A DNA stretch of 63,698 nucleotides, filler included, from Collodictyon triciliatum (lineage: Eukaryota), in NCBI GenBank assembly GCA_043381765.1. It is 6 parts of 6 records of this genome, joined end to end, with 100 filler letters (N's around TTAATTAATTAA, not from the genome) between each part and the next. Parts side by side here need not be neighbours in the genome. Positions count along the whole stretch, not along the records: positions 37,290 to 49,614 come from JBHJMP010002200.1; positions 49,715 to 62,038 come from JBHJMP010002201.1; 4 more parts are not named here. One strand, written 5' to 3'. Made by a program: the position numbers and the translations under genes. Shown in pieces: positions 45,701 to 57,729 of the stretch; within the stretch, counting starts at the first letter, position 1, and every line of letters begins with the position of its first letter. The notes below the pieces were generated by a model. The model ran no database searches. It had not been told where the DNA came from and saw only the letters and a program-made list of their open reading frames with translations.

Positions 45701-48700
45701 GGCATATGTTTGACAGCTGACTCACTTAGAGAAATAACCGGGAACCATTTTTTTTCTTAAAATATTCAATCAATCAAATTTACTAGCTTGCTTTTCTGGA
45801 GGACCTTCGAGGAAATGGCCAGACAGAACTCCCGAAAGATATAATAGTTAAAGTACGCAAATGGTTAGCACGAAAAAGATTAATTCGAGCTAGAGCCACC
45901 ATAATTGCATATAAGAAGTGTAAGAACATGCTTTATATTTTCATCTTCTTATTATTTTATGTATGTTTTTCAATGATTCAATATCCCTAAAGTATATAAT
46001 AACCATCAAACTATTGCCAGATTTGTAAACACCACATTACTTTTCTCATTTAAAGTATTTTTTTCAATTATATTAATGTACACACACAATGCAATCCACA
46101 TTTAGTGGAGCGTAGACTATTAGCGCTTCGGGCATTGGCTAAATTTGTAAGAGCAACCAAATTCTTCTATTTTGGTGTTATTCGTTTCATGCGTGTCTTG
46201 AAAAGGTATCGCAGAATTCGGAATGCCGCTGTTCTGATTCAGTCAGCATATCGTGGATATCGTGTTTGGAAGAAATATAGACCCATATTGGAAAGATTGA
46301 GGGAGCAATTAAAACTTCGTATTGAAGAAGAGAAGGAAAAAATTAGACAACAGAGAGAAGAACAGGAAAGGCAGAGACAGGAGAAAGAAAGACTCGAGGT
46401 AAAATCTAATCTGATGAACGATATACTCGTCTACATTATGTTTTTTTTTATATCAGTATGAGGGTATATGTAAGATTTATCGGTATTGAATCTTTGTATT
46501 CAAATTTATTATTCAATGATTTCTTTGCGAATTTTGACAGGATTTTTTTTTTTGGAAAAAATATAGAAATTACGTATTGAGGAGGAAAAGGAGAATGAGC
46601 GAAAAAGGGCTGAAGATGCAGCTCGAGCTAAGCTTCAAGTTGAATATGAGCGCAAGATGCAAGAACAAGCTGAAAAGGTCTTTACTTTATCCATTACGGC
46701 AAATGATATTCTATGGAATGTTTTCATGAAGTTAACTAGTAACTCCGAATAGTCTATTACATGAGTGAATAGAAAGAGATATTGACACCTTATACTTATC
46801 TACATGCTTGCATTTTTCTAACAAGCACATTTTAATAAAATTAGCTCGCTGAAGCCAGTAAATCATCTAAAGAGGAAACACAGAAACTGCAGACACAGGT
46901 AAATTTTGGCTTTGAGATAATATACCTATATACTGCAAGCAATGAAACCTCATATGCTATCTTATTTTTTGAATACATGGGATAAAGTGACTTATCATAA
47001 TTTTCCCGCTCTCAAAACCGTAACATTTTTATTTCTACATTTCTGTATCCTTTATAAATAGATATCCGAACTGCAGAAGATTGTCATTGATTTAAGACTG
47101 GAAAATGAACAAGTGAAGTCCAAAAATACAGCTCTACAAAAAAAGGTATTCTATTTATTGAAAAAATAAATGTATAACCTTTTTACGTCATTATTTTGTA
47201 TACTATCAATTAATATCGACCCTGATATGATATGCCATATAAACAAATTATTGAAATGAATGCCTAAGTGAAACTTTTCAAAGGTTGATGATTCTGCTGG
47301 AAAAATTCGGATGATGGAGCAAGAGAATAAAGAGAAATCACGAATTATGGATGAAAAGATACTGGAAACCCAACAATCTTTCGAAATAGAGGTATCTCCC
47401 TTGACTATTTTTTTTTCCATACTGATAAAACAACATGATGAAGATCACGGTCCGATGCAGTCATACAAGAGTATCTGTAAAATAAAGAACACTGAGCCAA
47501 TACATCTCAATCTTGGAACTTACAATTCAGATGTTGCGCCTGAAATCCTCTCTGCAAGAGTCAGAGGTTCAATATTCACTTCAAGAAACTTTACATATCC
47601 ATTTTTATGTCTATATTAATCAATTACTTCCCCATTCACGGACGTAATATGTGTTTTATTGATTTATTTATTTCTTGGGATTAGGACCATCTTCGCACTG
47701 AAAATCTGGAGCTTGATGCAAAAGTTATTTCACTGCAAAGTAAAACAACATCCCTCCAAAGACAGGCACTACTTCTATATCTATTAGATATATGACGTAA
47801 AACCATCAAATGCAGAATCTATCTCGTATTGCTCTTGTGCTTTATCTAGACTGATTTATTAAATTCAATCAAATATTAGATTGTGGATATTGAGTCATCA
47901 AGAGATAAATTGATACGCAATTTCGAGATAGAAAAAGAAGAACTTGAATCTGAATTACAAAAGGCGCGCTTCTCTTTTTCTTCTTCTTCAATCAACCAAT
48001 TCCTACTGTGTTGTTAGGGAGTTTTCCTAATATCACAAACTTCATCCATTGATTTAGGCACAGAAGGCTCTTTCCGAGGCCACATCGAAATCATCTGTTA
48101 GTCACGAGAAGGTCATTATGATTTTCATTTTGTCCCAATCATAATTTTAACATGAAAAAAAAATACTTTAACTTATTATTGTGGTGACGACCTTTTAGAC
48201 AATTTATTACCGTTTCTTATCGTATAAAGGATATGAAAAGCGATAAATTTTGAAACACGTATTGTATTTTTTTGATGCCCTTTATAAATTAAAAAAGACA
48301 CTATTCACGAACGATACTTTTATTAGGCCTTGGAGTATGAAAACCAAATACGTACCTTGAATGAGGAAAAGAAAACACTCGGTAAGCAGCATTTAAACGT
48401 TACATTTTACAGGAAACTGATGATTCCTTGTAATTGAATTCATCTAATAACAGCTATTGTCTTTTGGGAAAAATATCTTTTTGAAAGACTTTCTATTGCC
48501 CTTATGTTGGTGTCTTTGGATGGCATCGATAATGATATATAAATAAATTTCTATTTTTCCCCTTTACATGATAAATACCCCCATTTTCATATATTTTCTG
48601 TCTCTTAACCATAATTGTAGCCCGAGATTCTAAGGCAGCCGAAGAGAAGTTTATAGAAGAGAAGCTAAAGTTACAGAAATCATTGACTGCCACTGAGGCC

Positions 48701-49509
48701 AAAGTAATCAATTTGTTGGACATCGTAGCAAACATCTAATTACGTCGACTTCAACATAGTTTTATATGTAGTTTTCGTCTGCCTTTTTATAATATCAAAT
48801 GATGGCAAATTTGGTTTTTTCCCGATGATTTTTTTAGTTATGTATTTACTTAGTTTATTATTATTATTTTTTTTTTTAAAAAAAAAAAAGCTTCAAACCG
48901 TCCTGCAAGAGGTTCAGGTAATCGAAGAGACTTATGCTAAGAAAGCATCCGAAATGAGCGAGACTTTGAAATCGGTAAATCAATTTAACTCAAAAAATAG
49001 CTCCACATACTTTAAGCATTCAATTATTTACAATTAATGTACATAGATCGCCATTATTATAGTTTAAATTTCAACTCGATAATAGCACTTTTGAATCTTC
49101 CACCAATTGAACTTTTCATTAAAAAAAACTAACATTTTTCTTTTCTTTTCTTCTCTTTTATTATAGTTTAATACGACAAACCAGGACGCTGTCGATAAAT
49201 ATGAACTTAAAATTGTTGAGCTAGAGGCCACAATCAAGATGCAAGCGGAGCAGATACAAGAGCTGAATGACTCTGCCATGAGCTACAGGCGAAGCACTCG
49301 TTCAAATACGTAATGAACTATATCATACCACATTGTGCTTCCTCCCTATCGTGTGCAAATTAAACGGAAGAATATCATATCATGGTATACCATCGTTAAT
49401 GTATGACTATTTCCATCATCTTAGAGGGCAAAGCTCCCCTCAAGTTTCCACAATTGAGGTGAATCAGTTAAAGGCTAAACTGAAGCAAGTGGAGGAGCAA
49501 TCATCAAAG
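39400..49509 (+). CDS. Unconventional myosin heavy chain, myosin VI-like; more than 30 exons; 3' truncated at contig break
   Basis: P-loop [77 protein letters not shown] motif [14 protein letters not shown], then E/R/K-rich helix and coiled coil. Confidence 0.95.
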
Positions 49510-49546
49510 GTATTTTTTTCACGAGATCATTCTTATTCTTGGAATC

Positions 49547-49602
<56 letters not shown>

Positions 49603-49928
49603 AAAAAAAAACATNNNNNNNNNNNNNNNNNNNNNNNNNNNNNNNNNNNNNNNNNNNNTTAATTAATTAANNNNNNNNNNNNNNNNNNNNNNNNNNNNNN
49701 NNNNNNNNNNNNNNAAAAAAAAAAAAAAAAAACAAAAATAACAAAAATAACAAAAATAACAAAAATAACAAAAATAACAAAAATAAAAAAAAAAAAAAAA
49801 GAAAAGAAAAAAACCAGACATGCCACAGACCATAGATGAGGGTGCTTGACTGTAGCATGAGCGTGCGTGAGAAAGTGAAAAGACATTTTTTTTCGAAAAC
49901 ATACCAACACATGATACGCCCACCACAG

Positions 49929-50250
49929 AAGAGAGCAGAACCGTGCCTCAGCAAGGCGCTCCAGAGAGAGGAAGCTACAGGAACTTCATAACGCCTGTCT
50001 TGCTGCAGATAGCTTGGAGGTTGAAGAGCGGGCCTTGCAAGCCGAGAGGGACCAGCTTTTGGCTCAACAAAGACAGTTGGAGCAGCTTATCAAAGCGGAG
50101 CATGACAGACAGCGAGACCTGGCGATGAAATTCGAAAACGAGCAGAAGCAACTTTTGGATGCCCTCGAGTTCTTCAATGACATTCTGCGCGCTCGGCTCG
50201 TCCAGCCAGTCCCCATCCCACCCTTGGCTCATACAATGCATCTGGAGTGA
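49929..50250 (+). CDS. Terminal exon of a bZIP transcription factor (5' missing)
   Basis: After a CAG acceptor: REQNRASARRSRERK basic region, then heptad leucines L-EVEERA-L-QAERDQ-L-LAQQRQ-L; stop TGA. Confidence 0.8.
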
Positions 50251-51825
50251 ATGGACATCCAGTCTGAAACACAGGCGTTGTTGACAAACAATAAAGACAT
50301 GTAGATTTGACAGAAAAACAGCGAGCCCAGCACAACCACAAAAAATAGAGAAAAAAAAATTAATTAGCCCGTATCGTTGGGCAGGTGTTGCGCCCTCGGC
50401 ATTATGCCTATTCATACCTAATGTAGCGCGGCAATCCCATGCATATGCAGATGCGTTTCGAGACTCGTCTGAATGTAAATCTGGATGTAGTCCATAAGCG
50501 GAGATAAAATTGCATTCCAGACCATTTGATCGACTCTATTGGAATCCCAGTGCGCAGATATAAAGCAATTTTTCGAAGAAGACTTTTCCGTCCAGAACCG
50601 CAGAAGGATACATCGCGCAGCCGAAATCGGAAATGGGTGAAGATATGTCAACACATACAGACCCATAATATGTGCATCTCCGCTCATAACCACTGACACC
50701 AAGAAAATTTACAAAATATTCATAGAAAATGCCCAAATCAGATTTATAGACAAATTGAATCGATTAAGTATAGAGATTCGGGATTGGTTGTGTGTAACCG
50801 CAAATGCAAAAGCAAAAGGCCAAAAACTCCATTGATCTCTCGTTTCCATCCTTCTGCTTATCTGTATCATTCGACTTCGTGCGTCAATTCCAAGGGCGAG
50901 TGAGCGAAAGAGCGAGTTGAATAAAAAAAAGAAAAAAGAAATCAATATGAGACGGAAATGACAAGAAAATGGAGATTTTACTCCTCAGCCGGCTGCCTTG
51001 GTTGCAAAAACACACCACCAACGCTCCAACCGAATCGCTTGCTCGTTGGGTCTTCCCGCATTCCTCTCCGCACATATACATGGGCTTCGTTTCTTATCAA
51101 TCATACCGATCTTGGTCGAGCCTTTAGGCAAATGCAAAGTCCGGTGTGTTTCTCAATGACTTAAACCGAAAGCACATATCCGTCAAGAGGAGTAGGAGGT
51201 GGTGGTCAAATCGCACGTCCATGAAAAGGGGGATTTTGAGATATTATTGTTACAGAGGGCGCTGATCCGTGCAGTTCTTTCTTTACCATACAGCAAGTAA
51301 AACGTACTATCTTGAGTTCTTTTCTTTGATTTCTCTTGGTCACTCCAGAATGTATTTTTTCCCCTTGATCCTGTTCTTGACTTCATGCCCAATATTCCAC
51401 ATTTCTCTGTCGGGATTGCTGAGTGTTTGTAAAGCGGGATATTTGATTTTGAAGGAAACCAGAAAACATCGATTAGAAAAGAAAAGGAGCAATGACATTT
51501 GTGATGTCTTACGCCACGATCGATTCTAACAAAACTCTGCCACAGGAAGCAACGCTCCGCCCAGCAAAGCAGAACTCAGGCAGGCTAAACGGTGAGACTT
51601 GCACGCTCAACATGTGAAAACTTTGATGACGGAAAGAACTACCAAAGTCAACAAATGATGTTTCAGGAGCAAGGACACAAACAAAACGTTGCCATCATTC
51701 CCTTGCATTAAAACTATTGTTACTCCCCATCATCCAGCCTGAAGCGCCTCAGCAACATAGACCAGGATCGCGACAAGAAGAAAGCAGGAGACACAAGCAA
51801 AAAGCCACCTGCTACAGAAAAGAAG

Positions 51826-53856
51826 ATGGATGAACAATTCGAACTGAATCAATCAATCGAGGAAATCATGGTAAGTTTGAATAACACCCACCTGTATTTT
51901 TTTTTTCTCGGCCGTGCCCTTCCCACCTGTGTGATTGGGGCTCCTTGCAGCAAACACAACAAAGCATCTTCCACTCATGGCTCCAAAGAAGTTTGTGGTT
52001 TCACTGTTTTGTTCGTGGCCCGTTCTTATTTAAAGAGCGGTGCACACACGTATATGACAAACCCACGAACAGATGCTGATTCACACTCTTCCAAACGAGG
52101 AACAAAGTGACATTCGTTACTGTCGCGCACACATTAAGGCAGAACACAAAAGACACGAAAAATTGCCACATTACGAAGATCGCCTTTAAAAAAAAAAAAA
52201 AAAGGGATCCAATATATACCCTCCTCCAAGTCCTTGGTTGTTCCGTTTCATTTCACCCGCCAAACCACACAAGAGGCCACGATCACCTGTCCTTTTTTTT
52301 CCACCTCTCTTTTTTGACATTCTGTATTCAAGCGCACATAACCACCACCCCTGAAAAGCAAAACAAAGCTGCTCTGCCAATAGGAAAGAAAATACCCAGA
52401 CCCCGTCGTGACAGAGGCGAGCAGGCAAAGAAGGACACGTCCACTACTAACCGCCACTTCTCATTTCACTACCCAACAGCGCGTCTCCATGAGCGACATA
52501 TTTCCTCGGCCGGCTGAGACCATGTCCGAAAGTGACCACTCAAGCAGCTCTGGGTCCTCTATACCGCAAAGCAAACTCCCGGCCGAAGCAGAGGGCGCAG
52601 GCAACATCAGCAAAACCACGTCAGAATCAGGTTCTGGCTTCGAGATAGGCTCTGACGACATGTACCCCATCATGCTGAGCTTCGAGGAAGGCGTTCACGA
52701 GCTGCGTGGGACCTGCAATCTCTTGGACTACAGCAACTTGCAAGAGGAGCACAAGCCCTCCATGCCAGACGAACCAGTCCCCGCCGAGCTTCTCCACATC
52801 CCAGAGCTCGACCAGAAACCAGTCATCTCACGCCAGCGCCTCGGCCCCATATTTGTCATCGATGTGCCGAAGGATGCGCGCTTCCTATCCTCGCAGAGCT
52901 ACCTCTTCAGCACAGCAGTGTATGTCCAGGATGCCAGAACGGGAGATCCGGTCAGATCCGATGAGATTGTGGGTGTGGAGCACGACAAGAACCTGACGTA
53001 TCTGTCCCACTTCCGGCCGAAAGTCAGACAGGTGCCCGAGAAGTTTAGCTTTGACTTTTCACGGATGCGGATAAACAGGCCGTCTCCGAACCTCATCCGA
53101 ATAGTCTTTGAGATCTACAAAGACTCTACCCTCATCAAGTCCGTGTACACCACGCCCTTGCGAGTGTGCGCCCAGACCAAGCATGCAATCAGGCACGAAG
53201 GCTGCATAGTCTGGGAAGCCATCACCCAGTCGGGACAGGCAAGCCTGGAGGATTCCGTCCTGCAGGAGGTGAACCACTTCATCTCCACCGACAGCCACAT
53301 CACCCGCCCGCTCGATATCGAAGACCTCCGCGATCTGAACACTCTTCACAGCAACGCTTCGAGCCGCTCCGTGACCAACTACGACCTGAGTGGCATCGAA
53401 AAGAAGCACTTTCTTCGTCTGTGGATGAAGATCACCACACTCAAGAAGCTCCTGGTTGCTGAGCCTATCCTTGCAAAGCTCTGGAACGACGGCTTCATCC
53501 ACTCCATCAAGGAAAAGACCAGCCCCAGCGCACCAAGCTTCCCACACCAGGCAGAGTCTTCCCACAAGATGAAGACAAAGCGGCTGGTTGGCAGAAGACC
53601 AAGTGTCGCTGCGATGGTTGCATCCCCAACAGACCTGACAGCAAGGTACTTTGCGCTGTATCTCCGGTTCGAAAAGGAGCGGCTCAATGTGGTTGTCGTT
53701 GATTCGACCGGAGTCACCTCCACCATCCAGGCCAACCTCGCAAGGTCCAAGACCATTTGCGAGAAACTCCGAGAGATACTTGAAGTGGGCACAAGTTTCC
53801 TAATGGCCAGAGATGGCACGATGCGCACTTTACAGAAAATAAGGGATGACTTTTGA
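51826..53856 (+). CDS. Divergent STAT-like protein (Ig-fold DNA-binding domain, linker, degenerate SH2)
   Basis: Exon 51826-51870 (GTAAGT donor) joins 52480-53856 in frame, with a TACTAAC branch point near 52445. TRPLDIEDLRDL...FLRLW...LAKLWNDGFIHSI...LYLRFEKE parallels the Dictyostelium STAT linker/SH2 as I recall it. Confidence 0.65.
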
Positions 53857-55253
53857 CATCGAAGCAAAAGAAAAAAAATGAGGATACGCCAAACGCTTTG
53901 CTATACAGATATATGATTACCCTCCATGTTTTCTATTACTCGTACTTTCATTCCATCCTTACGCTTATTATTACAGATACTCATACGAAATAAACGCAAC
54001 TTACCACTGGAGCTATTGAGACTGGAGATTTCCGGATTTTTGCTGGTGTGGGTTGCGAGCCAAACATCAGAGACAGAGACAACGAGAAAAGTGCCGGTTG
54101 TATTTTATATTTGCGGAATTTATAGAATAGTATGTTTTATCAGCTTCAAAGTCACAATTACAAATGTTATGTACGATTATAAGCACCTTTACACATAATT
54201 TGGACTCGATGAAAAGGGAAAACGCTTAATCCGCACCAATTTTCCACATTTAGGCAAACACCCTTTTCATTTTGTAGAGCGAACCAAAATTTCCTTTGTC
54301 TTTCTGTTGGTGAGCGTACCAAATAGCCCTTCGCAGACACGACAGCCTTTTCGGCTATGCAAATGAGAGTCGCGCCGTGTGTTGGGCATACAAGCAGACC
54401 GTAAGCCATGACATGCAGAAGGCCGCGTCACACTGCAATGCATTCACACTATAAGATAATACAGCACATCCCGTCTCTGTTATGCTGTATGTTTTTCCTT
54501 TTCGCGTGGCTGGGAAACACCAAACTACAACTATTCCTTTTTTTTTTTTTTTTGCAGAAGTTTGTGAGTACTTGTGTTGGTGTTGGTGGTACAAAGAAGA
54601 CTTGGGGCTGTCGTAGACCCGTTCCAACCCAACCAAAATGTCTTGTGAACAGATGCTGTGTGCACGTTGGCATTCACGAAAATAACACGCCTTTTTCTTT
54701 CTTTCTTTTACAAGTGTCCGCCTTTTTCTTGTCTCTCAGTACCGCTCTGTTCTTTGGGGCGCTGTCACAGCTGACCTTGTGTCTCTTTCGTAACACATGC
54801 CGTTTTGGTTGAATTTGCCATCAGTTCGTCTGATTCCTACAAAACCTTTGCTGTGTTTGTTTTCCAATAGCTACGCTCGACGAAAAAGACACACCGCTCT
54901 TGTTTATGGCCTCTGCCAAAAAGGAATACAGAAAGCAGAACGTTGGGAGATTAGCCCTTACCTTCTTTCTTAATCCTCATTCCTCTGTCCCACAAAATCC
55001 ATCACCCCCGCACGCCTTGTGAGCGCATTTCTTTCTGTTCCGTGACCATGTTTTTTCGTGTGAGGTTGCAAACGTGATCGCACCACCCCCTCCAAAAAAA
55101 GGATGCTTGGTTGCACATCCCGCCTTTATTTCTTTGGCTCCTCAAGCACCAAAAAGTCCTGTTTTGTGACTTTGACACTCAATAGCATATTCTTGCGCCT
55201 ACCCTAATGCCACACCGCCAAGGCCTTTGATATGGCACAAGTTTATTGTTCGC

Positions 55254-55361
55254 TCTCTTTCTCTTTCTCTTTCTCTTTCTCTTTCTCTTTCTCTTTCTCT
55301 TTCTCTTTCTCTTTCTCTTTCTCTTTCTCTTTCTCTTTCTCTTTCTCTTTCTCTTTCTCTT
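55254..55361. repeat. (TTTCTC)n microsatellite; (TTTTTC)n also at 57596-57690
   Basis: Visible directly in the sequence. Confidence 0.95.
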
Positions 55362-55854
55362 TTCCTGTTATCACGGCCACGAAAGAAGTATCCACATCTG
55401 TCTGTTTTATGAACACGGTCGATGCTTGTGATTTAGTAAATTCCATAATGAAAAAGAGGCATGCCACTCGCTATTTATTATCGATTTTTTTGAGTCTTTT
55501 CCTCTTCTCTGCCTTGCTTCCTTTCTCTCCACTCCATTCCTATTTGTAGTCCCAGCAAACATTGAAGAATGGATAACTGTATATATTTGGTGGTAACAAA
55601 AGTATTGTCGTTAGTGCTTTCCTGTCTAACTCACAGCAAATACTACATCCTGGTTTTCACCCCTCTGTTTCCTGAGTCTCTTTTTCTTTTTCTTTTTCTT
55701 TTTCTTTTTCTTTTTGTTTCTGAAAAAAAAAAAGAAAAGGAGAGGTATAGTTTTAATGATTCCAGGAAAAAACTGCCCGTGAACTAACTTTTATATGATT
55801 CCAACCGCAGGAAACTGTTCATATTGTTGCCCCTAGGCGTGTTGGATAAAATCG

Positions 55855-57285
55855 ATGGAACAAAAAATCAACTATTTTCCCTCTCCTGGGAGGGTCATCC
55901 ATGCCGAATTTAAAGCATTTGCAAGCAACATTGTTGTTCCACCCGCGTCTCCAAGCGTATCAAACATACGCCCGGTCAAGGTGATAAGGGGAAAGTCACT
56001 GACGTCTCAAGTGAGCACATCAACTGGCCGGTCATCAGCAGAGCCGATTCCCAGTTCTCATGTTCAGCCAAAACCCGCCATGCTTAATGAGCAATACGTA
56101 GAATCAAGAAGTCTTGGAAAACTCGAGGCGAGCCTGGTACCACAAATGCATCAATTCTCACCGACAGACCCAACGTTGTCAGGAAGCAGCACCAGTGTTC
56201 ACGGAACATTAATGTTAAGAGGTGGCCCGTCGGCTGGTGTTATTACTTCTCGCCAAGTTATCGAGCCTCCATTTGTCATCTCCGTCCTCACGGGATGTGC
56301 CCCATTCAACTATGCAACCCCACCCAGGGATGGCAATGACTGCACGATTGACGAGCAATGTGAGCTTCCTGCAATTACAACACGTAAGAAGCGAGAAGCA
56401 TACTCTAACCGAGCTGGGCTGAAGCAAACCAAGCAAAGAGCAAGTGATAGCATCTGGCAGGTCTGCGTTCGTCTAGTCGATGGAGAAGGACGGGAATGGG
56501 GTGTGGACGATGTCATCGGAATGGAACACCAGCGGCCGCTGCCACGGGTCATACTTCCGAGCATCCGATTCAAAGGAGACAACGAGACAGCAGATGTAGA
56601 GCTCCGTCGCATGCGAATCAACACATCCCGTGACCACCGTTTTGTTTATTTTGTCCTCTCTGTTTTCAAGCATGCAACACTCATCGGTATAGTTCGGACT
56701 CCTTTGCTTCGTGTCTGTGCACACTCGCAACACCGCAGGCGGTTTTTGGCCCGATTTCAGCCAAGCAAGCCCTCTCCAACTTCCCCATCAGAATCAACTG
56801 TCATCCAGCCTCCCGCAAAAGTGGTTGATGACAGTCACCTCGATGAACATAATACAAACAGCGATTTTAGCAATATAGCAGCTAATGAACTCGAAGATGT
56901 TGAATGTGGACGTGATGAAAATGATGATGAGGAAGAAGCACCTTCGCTCTTGCATGATTCAGAGGGCACCTACATAATACCTAAAGGTGTAGGCTTTCTT
57001 CCAATCCATGAAATCATATCAAACTCGAATCGTGTTGGTGTTTTTCAAAAAGTCGGGAAGGGATTCAAGGTGGTTCGGCGCCTTTCTGGTGATGTAAACC
57101 ACATGGATTCGTTAACGCAACCTAAATCCGATTCTAACATGCAAGAGGAAGCTCAACACAACAAGACCATTAGTATGAGAACCAACCATCCGTATGATGA
57201 GATTGAGGAGGCTGCTCACAATCTCGCCTTCTTGCATAGCATACATGAGCAGCTCATATCCAAGCACAGCCGACCGCCAACATGA
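55855..57285 (+). CDS. Tandem paralogue carrying only the Ig-fold DNA-binding-like domain
   Basis: 476-aa single ORF sharing VI(T)SRQ..P.FVI.V, D..(I/V)G.EH, RMRIN and LRVCA..H with the 52480-53856 protein. Confidence 0.7.
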   Translation: MEQKINYFPSPGRVIHAEFKAFASNIVVPPASPSVSNIRPVKVIRGKSLTSQVSTSTGRSSAEPIPSSHVQPKPAMLNEQYVESRSLGKLEASLVPQMHQFSPTDPTLSGSSTSVHGTLMLRGGPSAGVITSRQVIEPPFVISVLTGCAPFNYATPPRDGNDCTIDEQCELPAITTRKKREAYSNRAGLKQTKQRASDSIWQVCVRLVDGEGREWGVDDVIGMEHQRPLPRVILPSIRFKGDNETADVELRRMRINTSRDHRFVYFVLSVFKHATLIGIVRTPLLRVCAHSQHRRRFLARFQPSKPSPTSPSESTVIQPPAKVVDDSHLDEHNTNSDFSNIAANELEDVECGRDENDDEEEAPSLLHDSEGTYIIPKGVGFLPIHEIISNSNRVGVFQKVGKGFKVVRRLSGDVNHMDSLTQPKSDSNMQEEAQHNKTISMRTNHPYDEIEEAAHNLAFLHSIHEQLISKHSRPPT

Positions 57286-57729
57286 ATAATGTCACTGTGT
57301 CTTATGTATTACGGTTTCCAATCACCATGTGCTTCCCCCTCCTTGTTCTTTCCAAGGTTTTCCTTTCCTTCCTCCTATGCGTGATGATACTAGCCTCAAT
57401 ATACTGTCTGTGCCACACCAAGCTGTGGCTGGCGATTCTCTCATCGAAGCCATAAAACACAAACCCATTTGGCTCGACCACCAAAAAAAAGAAAAATAAT
57501 AAAGAGAAGGGGCTTCTGTGCCAGTGTCAGATATTAAGGAATAAACGGCCACGGCTTTATTGATTCCAAGCGTTACATCTCTTGTCTCATCTTGTCTTTT
57601 CTTTTTCTTTTTCTTTTTCTTTTTCTTTTTCTTTTTCTTTTTCTTTTTCTTTTTCTTTTTCTTTTACTTTTTCTTTTTCTTTTTCTTTTCTTCTCTTTTC
57701 TTTGTTCTAACGTTTTATATCGCCCCAAA

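Noticed and set aside
49615-50250. Coiled-coil exon as the myosin C-terminus (myosin-bZIP fusion)
   Set aside because: It is separated from the myosin by an artificial linker. The myosin exon ends in phase 0 and this exon starts in phase 2, and it carries its own bZIP basic motif.
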